64,000 nucleotides of DNA from Chthoniobacterales bacterium (GTDB lineage Bacteria > Verrucomicrobiota > Verrucomicrobiia > Chthoniobacterales > Chthoniobacteraceae). Location of the stretch: contig JBBQZX010000011.1 in NCBI GenBank assembly GCA_038207335.1, positions 87,514 to 151,513 of the forward strand. Reading direction: 5' to 3'. Of the stretch, positions 10,178 through 20,417 are shown one piece after another (position 1 is the first letter of the stretch; the number at the start of each line of letters is the position of its first letter). The notes beneath the pieces were generated by a model, which was not told where the DNA came from, searched no databases, and saw only the letters and a program-made list of their open reading frames with translations. A program made the translations under genes and the position numbers.

Positions 10178-11326
10178 ATGATAGTTGCAGTGATTTTTGG
10201 CACCCGACCGGAAGCGATCAAGCTCGCTCCCGTGGTGCTTGCTTTGCGAGAGGCGTCTGGGTTTGAGTGTCGAGTATGTGTCACCGGTCAGCATCGCCAA
10301 ATGCTGGATCAGGTGCTCGCCGCCTTTGCGATCACCCCGGACGTGGACCTCAACTTGATGGAGCCGAACCAGACGCTGGCCCGGCTAACGGCGCGCTCAA
10401 TCGAGGCCATTGACCTTTATCTCACGGCCGATCACCCCGACATGGTGCTAGTGCAAGGGGACACCACCACGGTGCTTTGCGCCGCGCTGGCGGCATTCTA
10501 CCAACGGATTCCCGTTGGCCATGTGGAAGCCGGGCTCCGCACCGGCAATCTCAAAGCTCCGTGGCCTGAGGAAGCGAACCGGGTTTTGACCACGCGTCTA
10601 ACTAACGTGCACTTTGCTCCGACCGCGAGGGCGCGTCAGAATCTTCTGCGTGAAGGCGTGGTTCCTGAAAGTATTTTTGTCACAGGAAACACGGTGATCG
10701 ATGCGCTGCTGATGGCCGTCGAAAAGGTTCGCGCCAACCCGCCCGCCATTCCGGAGCTTCCCGCTTTCCTGCAACCCGGCACCTCGGCTGAAAGTGGACC
10801 GCGCATGGTGCTGATCACGGGGCATCGGCGCGAGAATTTTGGCGACGGTTTCGAATCAATTTGCGCCGCCGTCGCCGATCTCGCGACGCGCTTTTCCGAC
10901 GTGCAGTTTGTATATCCCGTTCACCTCAATCCCAACGTCCGCGAACCCGTCCAGCGGATCTTGGGCACCGCCCGGGCGCGAAACGTCCATCTCATCCCGC
11001 CCCAATCCTACCTGCCTTTTGTGGGACTGCTGGCGCGCTCCTCCATCATTCTCACCGATTCCGGGGGCGTGCAGGAAGAGGCGCCGAGCCTGGGCAAGCC
11101 GGTGCTGGTCATGCGCGACACCACGGAACGGCCCGAGGCGGTTGAGGCGGGCACGGTCAAGCTCGTGGGGACCGACCGGCAGAAAATCGTGACCGAGGTG
11201 GCGCGCTTGCTCACGGATGCCGACGCCTATGCCGCCATGTCGCGGGCACACAATCCTTACGGCGATGGCCACGCGGCCCGCCGCATTGTCGATGCTTGCG
11301 TGGCGTTCCCGACCGCCGGCCGCTAG
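10178..11326 (+). CDS. wecB: UDP-N-acetylglucosamine 2-epimerase (non-hydrolysing)
   Basis: [54 protein letters not shown]. Confidence 0.97.
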   Translation: MIVAVIFGTRPEAIKLAPVVLALREASGFECRVCVTGQHRQMLDQVLAAFAITPDVDLNLMEPNQTLARLTARSIEAIDLYLTADHPDMVLVQGDTTTVLCAALAAFYQRIPVGHVEAGLRTGNLKAPWPEEANRVLTTRLTNVHFAPTARARQNLLREGVVPESIFVTGNTVIDALLMAVEKVRANPPAIPELPAFLQPGTSAESGPRMVLITGHRRENFGDGFESICAAVADLATRFSDVQFVYPVHLNPNVREPVQRILGTARARNVHLIPPQSYLPFVGLLARSSIILTDSGGVQEEAPSLGKPVLVMRDTTERPEAVEAGTVKLVGTDRQKIVTEVARLLTDADAYAAMSRAHNPYGDGHAARRIVDACVAFPTAGR

Positions 11327-11428
11327 ACCGCCATTTTCTCGCCTGCCGGAACTTCCGGCTCCCGACCCAGCGAAAAAAACACACCCATTTCCGAATTCAA
11401 ACAAGTCCTGAAGCAGATTCCCGGAGCC

Positions 11429-12157
11429 GTGCCGGCGGGCCGCGCCTTGAAACGCGTCTATCGGCGGGGCAAGCGGCTAGTCCTTGGTCCCACGCAAATC
11501 GAGAAATACGATCAGGAGACCGTTGCCGTGCTCGAACGGGTGCTGCGGGTGGATTCGTCCGCGATCGACGTGGGTGCCTGCACCGGCTCAGTCCTAGTCG
11601 ACATCGTTCGCATCGCTCCGCGGGGAAAGCATTGGGCCTTTGAACCCGTGCCGGGAAACTTCGCCGGCCTCAAGGCGCGCTTCCCCATTGTTACCGTACT
11701 CCCCTATGCCCTGGCCGAGATCTCGGGCCACACCGAATTCCACGTGACGAAGGCCAACCCGGCCTATTCCAGCCTCGAAGACCGGGACCCCAAGCTCCTG
11801 GACCAGATCGGGCTCTCCAATGCCGTGCAGGAAGTCGTCGACGTCGAGATCCGCCGGCTGGACGATGTCATTCCCGAGTCCGCCCAGTTCGCGTTGATCA
11901 AGATCGACGTCGCCGGCGCGGAGCTGCGCACGCTCGGTGGCGCGCTCGCGACGATCCGTCGCTGCCAGCCCATCGTCATCCTGGAAGCGGGCTTTTACTC
12001 TGAAGCGCGGTCGCGCGAGCTCTTTGACCTTCTCCGCTTGGGTGACCTCAAGCTGTCCACGATGGCGCGTTGGCTGAATCACCTGCCTCCGCCCGCCACA
12101 TTCGAGGAGTATCTGCCGCTCGCCCGGACCAATTTCTACTTCCTCGCCCAGCCTTGA
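11429..12157 (+). CDS. FkbM-family methyltransferase (true start may be upstream; see findings)
   Basis: IDVGACTG, AFEP, RRLDD, KIDVAGAEL. Confidence 0.85.
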   Translation: MPAGRALKRVYRRGKRLVLGPTQIEKYDQETVAVLERVLRVDSSAIDVGACTGSVLVDIVRIAPRGKHWAFEPVPGNFAGLKARFPIVTVLPYALAEISGHTEFHVTKANPAYSSLEDRDPKLLDQIGLSNAVQEVVDVEIRRLDDVIPESAQFALIKIDVAGAELRTLGGALATIRRCQPIVILEAGFYSEARSRELFDLLRLGDLKLSTMARWLNHLPPPATFEEYLPLARTNFYFLAQP

Positions 12158-12215
12158 CGGAGGCGTCCGAACCAAAGCGTGCCACTTTCCCTGATCCAGT
12201 TTTCATTCCAAGAGC

Positions 12216-13478
12216 ATGCCTGCCGCTCCGCGAGTCCTTTGCCTGAGTCCATTTTTCGCCCCCCTGGCAAACGCCGAGGCGTTTTGCGGCAGCAAGGTGG
12301 CCTTGCACCTGCTCGAGGCTGGCGTTGACCTGACGGTGCTCGACGTGGACTACACGGGGCATCCGAAGTTTTCTGTCGATCCCTCGACGTTGTGGAAACC
12401 GCTTGAGCGGATCACGACCTCCATCCCGCCGCACGGCGGCCGGCCAAAGTTTTTTTCCATCCCCCTCGGAATCCGCTACGGCACGCCCGAATGGTCTCGT
12501 TGGATCCGGGCGGCGGTGGCGACCGCCCGCCGGTTGCACCGGGAGCGGCCATTCGACCTGATCTATTCGCGCAGCCTGCCCAATGTCGCCCACATAGCGG
12601 CCTATTGGGTGGCCCGCGCAATCGGCCGACCATGGGTGGCCAACTTTAATGATCCGTGGGATCTGGAAGGCGCCCATTTGCTCCCGCAGGACCGGGAGAA
12701 CCGAAAGCGGACCTTGGCCCTGAGGATTTCCGAATCCTGGATGCGTCGGGTCATGCGGACGGCGAATATCCTGACCTTTCCATGTGCGCGCCTGCGTGAT
12801 TATCACTTGCGGCTCGCCCGGCCACGGGGCGAATGTGTCGTGGTACCGCACATTGGGTTCCACACCCGCGGAGAGAAGTCTTCCGGGCAATTCCATTTGG
12901 TGCATGCCGGAAACCTGGAGGCGGGAGAAAGCAGCCGCCGCAACACTACCACCGGACTGCTCAAGGCATTTCGTTCCTTTCTCGACCGGTGTCCGGAGGC
13001 CCATAAATCCAGCCGGCTGCTGCTGGTGGGTCCGGAGGATCGCGCCACCCTCGCCCTCGCCCAAGAGTTGGGCTTGAGCCCGCACGTTTCGTGTACGGGG
13101 CGGCTAAGCTACTTTGAAAGCCTGCAACGAATCGCTTCGGCCACCGTCTGCCTGCTGGTCGAGGGTAACATGTCCGAAGGAATCTACCTGCCATCAAAAT
13201 TCGCGGATTACATTCAATCGCGCAAACCGGTGATTGCCCTCAGTCCCTCCGTTGGAACCATCGAGGACCTGTCGCCCCGAACGGGTGTCACCCGGGTAAA
13301 CGTCGATGATCCCCAAGGGATCGAGTCTGCGATTGCCCGACACTATGATGCCTTCGCCGCCGGGCAGTTGGCTTCGCTCGAACCCGGCGAAGACCTGGTT
13401 CGGCAGTATGATGGTGTTCGGATCGGAAACCTTCTTCGATCGCTCTGTGCCGACCTCGCTGGCCGATCACAGCGTTGA
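12216..13478 (+). CDS. GT4-like glycosyltransferase
   Basis: PWVANFNDPW, LVHAGNL, YLPSKFADY..SRKPVIAL. Confidence 0.8.
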   Translation: MPAAPRVLCLSPFFAPLANAEAFCGSKVALHLLEAGVDLTVLDVDYTGHPKFSVDPSTLWKPLERITTSIPPHGGRPKFFSIPLGIRYGTPEWSRWIRAAVATARRLHRERPFDLIYSRSLPNVAHIAAYWVARAIGRPWVANFNDPWDLEGAHLLPQDRENRKRTLALRISESWMRRVMRTANILTFPCARLRDYHLRLARPRGECVVVPHIGFHTRGEKSSGQFHLVHAGNLEAGESSRRNTTTGLLKAFRSFLDRCPEAHKSSRLLLVGPEDRATLALAQELGLSPHVSCTGRLSYFESLQRIASATVCLLVEGNMSEGIYLPSKFADYIQSRKPVIALSPSVGTIEDLSPRTGVTRVNVDDPQGIESAIARHYDAFAAGQLASLEPGEDLVRQYDGVRIGNLLRSLCADLAGRSQR

Positions 13479-13561
13479 CGGCAGGGGCCTTGTTTCCCTT
13501 GAAGAAATCGCGATCCAAAACCAATGTTCATACCGAACCCGGAGATCCCTGTTGATTGCCG

Positions 13562-14941
13562 ATGCCCAATCCATCGACCCATCCTGGCGTGTTAAACGGG
13601 AAAACAATCATGCGCTTTGCCCACGCCTTTGAATCGGGCGGCGGCACCGAGCGCTACCTTGACGATCTGGACCGCACCCTGCTGGATCGTAACGCGATGA
13701 CCGTCATCCGCCTTCATCTGACCTGCGATCCGTCTCCCCGCGGGCCGACCGAAGAGTCGATCGGCTTGGGCCGTCTCGTTCACATCCCACTGCCGATCAT
13801 TTCGTCAAGAAATCCGGGTTCGATACCGGAGAAGCGTTCACTTCCAAGCCGTTTGAAGAGGAGGTTGCGGGACGGGTTGCTATACAATCCCCTCGTGTGG
13901 GGACTGGTCGGAGCAAGGTGGGCCGTCTCGCGCCGCCTGCCGCGCGAACCCGGCCAGGCCGTGGGCGCCGGAATAGCAGCCGGGGGGCTGTTGCGCACGC
14001 GCAAAGTTGACCTGGTAATGCTTCACTTTTTCGGCGGGGCCGATGCCGACGAAGTGGTGACCGAGGCCCGCAGGTTCCGCGTGCCGTTCGCGGTGCTCAA
14101 TCACTATTCGAACGACCGGTTCTTGAATCTTGCCATTCGAAAACATGCCATGCTCGCCGACGGGGTGGCCGGGGTTAACGGGCTGGATGTGCCAGGCTAC
14201 GTCCGCCGCCGGTTCATCAACCTTTCGGACGGGATCGACACCGGGTTCTTCCACCGGTCGCGCGCGCAACCGCTGGAAAACCCTCCGCCGCATCCGATAA
14301 TCCTATTGCCGGCCCGTGTGGTCCGCGAAAAGGGGCAGTTGGACTTGCTCAGGGTCGCGTCGTTGCTACGCCAATCAGGGATCGAGTGTTGCCTGGCGTT
14401 TGCCGGGAGGGTCGATGCATCGGGATTCGTCGAAGAATTGCGACGGGAAATCGCTCGGGCCGGATTGACCGAGTGCGTGCGGTTTTTGGGAGATCTTGGC
14501 GTCGAGGAATTGCGCGACTGGTACGCGGCGAGTGCCGTCGTCGCCTTTCCAACGTATCATCACGAAGGACTGGGCCGTGTCGTTATAGAAGCCCAGGCCA
14601 TGGAAACACCTGTCGTCGCCTACGCAACCGGGGGGGTGCCCGAAGGAATCGCGCCGGGGAAGACCGGCCACCTTCTGCCAACTGGCGATATCAGCGGCTT
14701 CGCGGAGTGCCTGCGCGAATTGCTCATATCCCCATCCCTCCAAGCATCCATCGGGACCCGCGGACGGAAGGCGGCGGAAGAGCGCTTCAGTTTGCCCGCT
14801 TTGGCGGATCGGCACGAACGGTTCTATTCCCAAGTCATTGGCAAATCCAAAGCCGTGGGTGAGAGGAATTCAGCCAGCCAAAAGGATCACGTCAACCCTC
14901 TCAACTTAACTTCACCGTGCCTCCGAATCTCGCGCTCCTGA
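13562..14941 (+). CDS. GT4-family glycosyltransferase
   Basis: GGTERY, DGID, ARVVREKG, EGLGRVVIEAQA, GGVPE. Confidence 0.9.
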   Translation: MPNPSTHPGVLNGKTIMRFAHAFESGGGTERYLDDLDRTLLDRNAMTVIRLHLTCDPSPRGPTEESIGLGRLVHIPLPIISSRNPGSIPEKRSLPSRLKRRLRDGLLYNPLVWGLVGARWAVSRRLPREPGQAVGAGIAAGGLLRTRKVDLVMLHFFGGADADEVVTEARRFRVPFAVLNHYSNDRFLNLAIRKHAMLADGVAGVNGLDVPGYVRRRFINLSDGIDTGFFHRSRAQPLENPPPHPIILLPARVVREKGQLDLLRVASLLRQSGIECCLAFAGRVDASGFVEELRREIARAGLTECVRFLGDLGVEELRDWYAASAVVAFPTYHHEGLGRVVIEAQAMETPVVAYATGGVPEGIAPGKTGHLLPTGDISGFAECLRELLISPSLQASIGTRGRKAAEERFSLPALADRHERFYSQVIGKSKAVGERNSASQKDHVNPLNLTSPCLRISRS

Positions 14942-16344
14942 TTGGCGCAGTCTTTGTCTTCCTGGCGTTCCGATCTGACCGGATGCGCGCTGAAGGCGAC
15001 ACGAAGGGATTGTTCTGGCCAACACTTTGGTATGTGGTCGTGGCCACCCACCCGCTGGGATACTGGCTGCAACTGTGGGGCATCCCCATTCCCGGGCGCA
15101 GCGATGACCCCACCGAGGGCAGTTCCATCGACCGGTATTTTTTCCTGGCCCTCACGCTGACCGGCCTGCGGATTCTCGCCCGACGAAACCTTGACTGGGG
15201 TGGCACCCTCCGCCGCAACCCCTGGCTCACGGCTCTTCTCGCCTTCATGGCCCTGAGCATCCTCTGGTCGCAATATCCCTTCGTTTCCTTCAAGCGTTTT
15301 ATCAAAGTCATCGGCTCGGTCGCCATGGCCCTCGTTGTGCTGACCCAACCCGATCCGCTGGCTGCCTTCTGCACCGTCCTGCGACGCTGTCTGTATATTC
15401 ATCTGCCGATGTCGATCATCGTCGCCAAGTATTTTCGCCACATTGGAGTGACCTTCGACTGGAATGGCACCGCCTCCGCTTGGTGCGGCATCGCAACCAC
15501 CAAAAACGTGCTCGGCCAGGTCGCCATGCTCGGCGTGATCTACTTTTCCTGGCAAGTCCAGCGGCACTGGAAGGAATACGGGTGGCGAAACTTGCACGTC
15601 CTCTACGTGATGATGGCCCTTTACCTCCTCAAGGGAAACGGTGCCATCAGCTTAACCTCGGTCTCGGTTTGCGTTTTTGCGGTGCTCATCTTTTTCCGCA
15701 TCCAGTCGCTGCGCTTTCGTCAAGAAGCAGTCCGCCGGTTCGTCATGACTGTCTTCACCGCGACGGTCGCGCTGATCGTTCTGGTGCTGATCCACAGCGT
15801 GGTGGGGTTCTCGGCGGACTCGATTTTCGGCCGCTTGATCATCACAATGGGGAGGGACATTACGATGACAGACCGAACCTACATCTGGCATGATGTGTAT
15901 GCGGCGGCCTCGGGGAATCCGCTTCTTGGCGTTGGTTTCGGTGGTTTCTGGATCGGGCGCATGGCCAATATTCCTTGGAACGCACCCATGACCTGGGTTT
16001 TGGGCCAGGCCCACAGCGGATATTCGGATACTTACCTGCAACTTGGGTTCATCGGCGCGTTTCTGCTGGCCGGCGTGGTCTTCACGACCCTCCCGCGGCT
16101 CCTGGCCACACTGGATGAAGATTTCGACTTCGCTTGTTTCCGGATCACGCTGTTCCTGACGATTCTCTTTATCAATATCTCGGAATCCACGCACCTCCGC
16201 GGCGACCACCATCTTTGGTTGATCTCCATGATTGTTCTCTGGAACGTCCCCGAGTTTTCGCGGCGCGCAAGGATTCGATCCACTAACAGGAGTGCAAACC
16301 ATCCCGAAAGCAATGTTGCAGATGCAATCCCAGCAGCGGCGTAG
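14917..16344 (+). CDS. O-antigen ligase / Wzy polymerase-like membrane protein
   Basis: About 12 TM segments; KNVLG, TMTDRTYIW, PLLGVGFGGFW, QAHSGY (Wzy_C-type loop). Confidence 0.88.
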   Translation: MPPNLALLIGAVFVFLAFRSDRMRAEGDTKGLFWPTLWYVVVATHPLGYWLQLWGIPIPGRSDDPTEGSSIDRYFFLALTLTGLRILARRNLDWGGTLRRNPWLTALLAFMALSILWSQYPFVSFKRFIKVIGSVAMALVVLTQPDPLAAFCTVLRRCLYIHLPMSIIVAKYFRHIGVTFDWNGTASAWCGIATTKNVLGQVAMLGVIYFSWQVQRHWKEYGWRNLHVLYVMMALYLLKGNGAISLTSVSVCVFAVLIFFRIQSLRFRQEAVRRFVMTVFTATVALIVLVLIHSVVGFSADSIFGRLIITMGRDITMTDRTYIWHDVYAAASGNPLLGVGFGGFWIGRMANIPWNAPMTWVLGQAHSGYSDTYLQLGFIGAFLLAGVVFTTLPRLLATLDEDFDFACFRITLFLTILFINISESTHLRGDHHLWLISMIVLWNVPEFSRRARIRSTNRSANHPESNVADAIPAAA

Positions 16345-16473
16345 ATGGCGCGGAAAATTGTATCGGACTGTAGAAAGGGCGTCTGCATGGAAAGGCGTTC
16401 GCTCGACACCAGCTCGGGACGATTCCGTTCGTAGATGGCTTCCGGCAGGTACTGGAGGAGGCAGAACACTTCA

Positions 16474-17721
16474 GTGAACATCATTGTCACCGGCGGCTTT
16501 GAGCCCAATTTCGCGGTTGGATTCATCAAGGGACTCGCTGCGAACGGGGTGAAAGTGTGCGTGGTTTCCTGTGATGAAACAGCACCGCGCCTCGAGGAGG
16601 CTGGAATAGTTCATTTGAATTTGCGGGGCAGCCAGGCAGGCGAGCGACCTTTTTGGGTGAAGCTTGGGAACCTGGTTTGCTATTATGAACGACTGCTTCT
16701 GCTGCTGTTTCGGCATCGCGGGGCGACCGTTCATTTCACGGGCACTTTTCGAAACAAGTTCATCCTTTGGGATGGTCTCCTCATGAATTTGTGTTTCCGC
16801 GCCCTGGCGGGTCGCTACCTCTACACCGTCCACAACGTGCTGCCGCATAGCCGTGAGCACAGCCGCTTTTTCCGTTGGGTCTATCAGAGAGTTTACCGGA
16901 TTCCCCATATATTGCTCGTCCATACAGGACGCGCGCGTCGGCAGTTGATCGAGGAATTTGATGTTCCAGAATCCAAGATTCGCCTGACCTCCATCGGGTT
17001 GAATGAGGAAATGCCGGTAACAGCCCTGACCCCTGCGGAGGCGCGCTCACGCTTGGGATTGGGAGCACAGGAGCGCGTCATCCTCTTTTTTGGGAAGATT
17101 GATGAGTACAAAGGTCTCGATCTGCTCCTTGATGCCTTTGAGCGTCTGGACGTGTATGAGGCGCGCCTGGTCATCGCGGGTGGCTTTCGATCGCAACCCT
17201 ACCGTGACCGGATCCACTCGCAGTTGCGGCGCATGGAACGGAAATCACGCGTCTCCCTGTATGAACGGTTCATCCCCAATGAGGAAGCGGAGGTGTTCTT
17301 CAAGGCGGGTGATGTCCTCTGCCTGCCCTACCGCCACATTTACCAAAGCGGCCTCGTGTTCCTTGGGCCCCGATTTGGGATTCCAATGGTCACAACGGAT
17401 GTCGGTTCGTTGAGAGAATTTGTGGGCGGAGAGTTCGGAATCGTGACCGCGAGCAATGATGCTGCCGGCGTCGCCTCTGCCTTGGAATTATTCTTCAGGA
17501 ATCCAAGCCGATTCTCCCGCGAGGAGATCTTGGCGCAAGCACAGAATTACCGCTGGGAGGTGGTATGCCGCGAGTTGGTGCCTCTTTACGCGAGCCGCTC
17601 TTCCGGGACCGTCAGTTTCGCCGTTTCGCAGACAAGCTCGGAATCCGGATGCCGATCCGATAACCTTTATATTGCCGCCCGGGAAAAACCCTGTTCGAAA
17701 CTTGAGGGGCAACGCCTGTGA
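16474..17721 (+). CDS. GT4-family glycosyltransferase
   Basis: TVHNVLPH, FFGKIDEYKG, LPYRHIYQSG, TDVGSL. Confidence 0.9.
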   Translation: MNIIVTGGFEPNFAVGFIKGLAANGVKVCVVSCDETAPRLEEAGIVHLNLRGSQAGERPFWVKLGNLVCYYERLLLLLFRHRGATVHFTGTFRNKFILWDGLLMNLCFRALAGRYLYTVHNVLPHSREHSRFFRWVYQRVYRIPHILLVHTGRARRQLIEEFDVPESKIRLTSIGLNEEMPVTALTPAEARSRLGLGAQERVILFFGKIDEYKGLDLLLDAFERLDVYEARLVIAGGFRSQPYRDRIHSQLRRMERKSRVSLYERFIPNEEAEVFFKAGDVLCLPYRHIYQSGLVFLGPRFGIPMVTTDVGSLREFVGGEFGIVTASNDAAGVASALELFFRNPSRFSREEILAQAQNYRWEVVCRELVPLYASRSSGTVSFAVSQTSSESGCRSDNLYIAAREKPCSKLEGQRL

Positions 17722-18806
17722 AGAAAGTCCTCCTCATCTCGAACAAGGTTTTTCATTACCGTGTGTCGAACTACAACTACTTCGCGCGACGGTTCCGGGA
17801 GGAGGGGTGGGAGTTCTATATGCGGGCCAACGAACTGCAAACGAACAATCCGTTCGCCCTGGAGTTCGACTTTCGCGAAATCCCTTTCAGCTTCCTCGCC
17901 TACCGTCGCGAGATTGAGCGACTGAATCCCGATGTCGTCATCCTTTTCCTGCACCTGAAGAACCTCATCATCTGGCCGCTGCTGCACTGGCTGAAACTCA
18001 AGGGCATCAAGGTTGTTTACTGGAACAAGGGCATCAACCTCGAGGTGCGCAATCCGCGCCTGAGAAATCTTCCCTTCTACTACATTCATTCGCTCTGCGA
18101 CGGCATCATTCTCTACTCGAAGCATGAAATCCCGGACATCAAACCAAAGAACCGGCACAAAGTCTCGGTCGCCAACAACGCCGTCAATTTCACCGCTTTC
18201 CCGGAAATTCACGAAACGCCGGCCGAGATCAAAGCCGAATTTGGCATTCCCTTTGATAAAGTCGTCCTCTTTGTGGGACGGATGCGGCCCGTCAAGAAGG
18301 TTGAGCACCTCATCGAGATCTTCAACCGGATCGGCGAACCGGGCTGCGGCTGCGTGATCGTCGGTGACCGGATGGATTACGACCTCGCGAGCCTGATCCA
18401 CGGGGACAACATCCGGTATCTCGGCGAGATCTTTGATCCCGGAAACGTCCAGATCAGCAAACTTTTCAAGATGGCGGATCTTTTCGTGATTCCAGGCGAC
18501 GTCGGACTCGGCATGAACCAGGCATTTTACTGGGGGCTTCCCGTCGTCACTGAGGACGGACTCCAGCCCCCCGAAATCCACTATCTCACCCATGGCCGGA
18601 ACGGATTCATTGTGCCGGAAAACGATATCGCGGCGCTGCGGAAGAAAACTCTCCTGCTCCTCAAAGACGATGTCCTCCGGGCCGAGTTCTCCCGCAACGC
18701 GCGGGAAGATATCCGCCGCGAGGCTTCTGTCGAAACCATGTTCCAGGGATTCCTTGAATGCGTCTCGAGTCTTACGGGATCCTCTGCTCCGATCCAGCTG
18801 TCTTGA
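17718..18806 (+). CDS. GT4-family glycosyltransferase
   Basis: VLFVGRM..VKK, ADLFVIPGDVGL, GLPVVT, PEIHYL..GRNG. Confidence 0.9.
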   Translation: MKKVLLISNKVFHYRVSNYNYFARRFREEGWEFYMRANELQTNNPFALEFDFREIPFSFLAYRREIERLNPDVVILFLHLKNLIIWPLLHWLKLKGIKVVYWNKGINLEVRNPRLRNLPFYYIHSLCDGIILYSKHEIPDIKPKNRHKVSVANNAVNFTAFPEIHETPAEIKAEFGIPFDKVVLFVGRMRPVKKVEHLIEIFNRIGEPGCGCVIVGDRMDYDLASLIHGDNIRYLGEIFDPGNVQISKLFKMADLFVIPGDVGLGMNQAFYWGLPVVTEDGLQPPEIHYLTHGRNGFIVPENDIAALRKKTLLLLKDDVLRAEFSRNAREDIRREASVETMFQGFLECVSSLTGSSAPIQLS

Positions 18807-18817
18807 TTCCCTCGTCC

Positions 18818-20137
18818 ATGCCGCGATTCGCGCAATCTGACCCACTTCCGATGACCACCAACCCCAATCAGAAGATCATGGCGGTTGCTGTCCGCTTCGC
18901 CGATTGGCTCAGGCGCTACGGTGAGACGTCTCAGGATCATCAGGATTTCTACGCCAGCAAGGTCGGACGCGCGGCGAAGAATCTGTACTACAAGAACCGG
19001 CTGGTGGGCACGCTGGCCGTCGCTCCCATGGTCTTTTGCGAGGCATTCGCTCCCTGGACGCGGCGCTTCTTTTTCCCCCGTATGCGGCTGCCGATCGCGG
19101 ATGCCCATTTCGCGATGGGCTTTGCCTACCTCCATCAAGCCACCGGCGAGCGGCGCTATCTGGATCGGGCCGTCCACTTCCTCGACGTGCTCGAAAACAC
19201 CCGCTGTCCCGGTTACCAAAATCACGGGTGGGGATATCCTTTCGATTGGCAAACGCAAGGGGGTATTCTCGCCCAAGGAACCCCCCTCATTACCACGACA
19301 CCCTATTGTTATGAGGCCTTTGACGCCGTTTACCGGATCGGTGGAAATCCGGCTTGGCGTGCGGTGATGCGGTCCACCGCAGACCATGCTCTGGAGGATT
19401 ATGTGGATCACGAAACGCGGCCCGGCGCGGCGAGCTGCTCCTACACCCCCCAGGCGGGGGGAAACGTGGTGAACGCCAGCGCCTACCGCGCGGGGTTGCT
19501 CCTTCAGGCCTTCGAAACTTTTGGGGACGACCGCTACCGCGAAGCGGCGGAGCGAAACCTGGCCTTTGTGCTCGATAGCCAGAACGGCGACGGTTCGTGG
19601 CCCTATGCCGTGGATGGCAAACGTGGTTTTATCGACCACTTTCATACCTGCTTCGTGCTTAAGGCTCTCGCGAAGGCGGAAAGGGTCACGGGCGATCCTT
19701 TGTTGTCCCGCTCGATTGAGCGTGGTGTTCGCTACTACGTGGATCACCTGTTCGATGGCCACAGTCTCCCCAAACCGTTTTCGCAACGACCGCGCCTGAC
19801 TGTTTACCGGCGCGAACTTTACGACGGCGCCGAGTGTCTGAATCTCGGCGCTCTCCTTCGCGGGCGGTTTCCGCATCTCGACAGGGTGGTGGATCGCACC
19901 CTCGAAGACTTTTTGAGGAACTGGGTGCAGCCGACCGGGGCATTTCGGAGCCGAAAATTGCTCCTCGGCTGGGACAACGTCCCAATGCATCGCTGGGGCC
20001 AGTCCGAAATCTTCCGCAGCCTGGCGCAGTGGTTGGTTTTGGAAAATGCAACGGCGTCTTCTCGGAAAAAAGAGACTCGCGTCAACGGCGGCGAGATCGC
20101 CGATTCACATGCAAACCAAGCCAATTCGGCCATCTGA
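18818..20137 (+). CDS. (alpha/alpha)-barrel protein of glycan loci; function unknown (start 18818 or 18851)
   Basis: WGYPFDWQ, VVNAS, QNGDGSWPY, IDHFHTCFVL, MHRWGQS. Confidence 0.7.
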   Translation: MPRFAQSDPLPMTTNPNQKIMAVAVRFADWLRRYGETSQDHQDFYASKVGRAAKNLYYKNRLVGTLAVAPMVFCEAFAPWTRRFFFPRMRLPIADAHFAMGFAYLHQATGERRYLDRAVHFLDVLENTRCPGYQNHGWGYPFDWQTQGGILAQGTPLITTTPYCYEAFDAVYRIGGNPAWRAVMRSTADHALEDYVDHETRPGAASCSYTPQAGGNVVNASAYRAGLLLQAFETFGDDRYREAAERNLAFVLDSQNGDGSWPYAVDGKRGFIDHFHTCFVLKALAKAERVTGDPLLSRSIERGVRYYVDHLFDGHSLPKPFSQRPRLTVYRRELYDGAECLNLGALLRGRFPHLDRVVDRTLEDFLRNWVQPTGAFRSRKLLLGWDNVPMHRWGQSEIFRSLAQWLVLENATASSRKKETRVNGGEIADSHANQANSAI

Positions 20138-20417
20138 CGAGTCCACTGCTGCGGGCTGTGAATCCGCGATGGCGGCAAGAATTGGATCCGCAACAATTGG
20201 CGGGCGAGGAATGACAGCACGTTGCGCTTTGCGAACCGGGTGCTACAAGCACTTGGCCTGCGAGGCTCGAAGTAGCCTATCACCGCCGTTTCGCACAAAC
20301 GGGCACAAATAATGCTTACAACTTGCCTGTCCTCCGTTTCTTCACGAGAATCCGCTCAGCCATTGGCCGTCCAGAACACGCTCTCATCAAAATACATCAT
20401 TAGCACTTAAGCAACAT

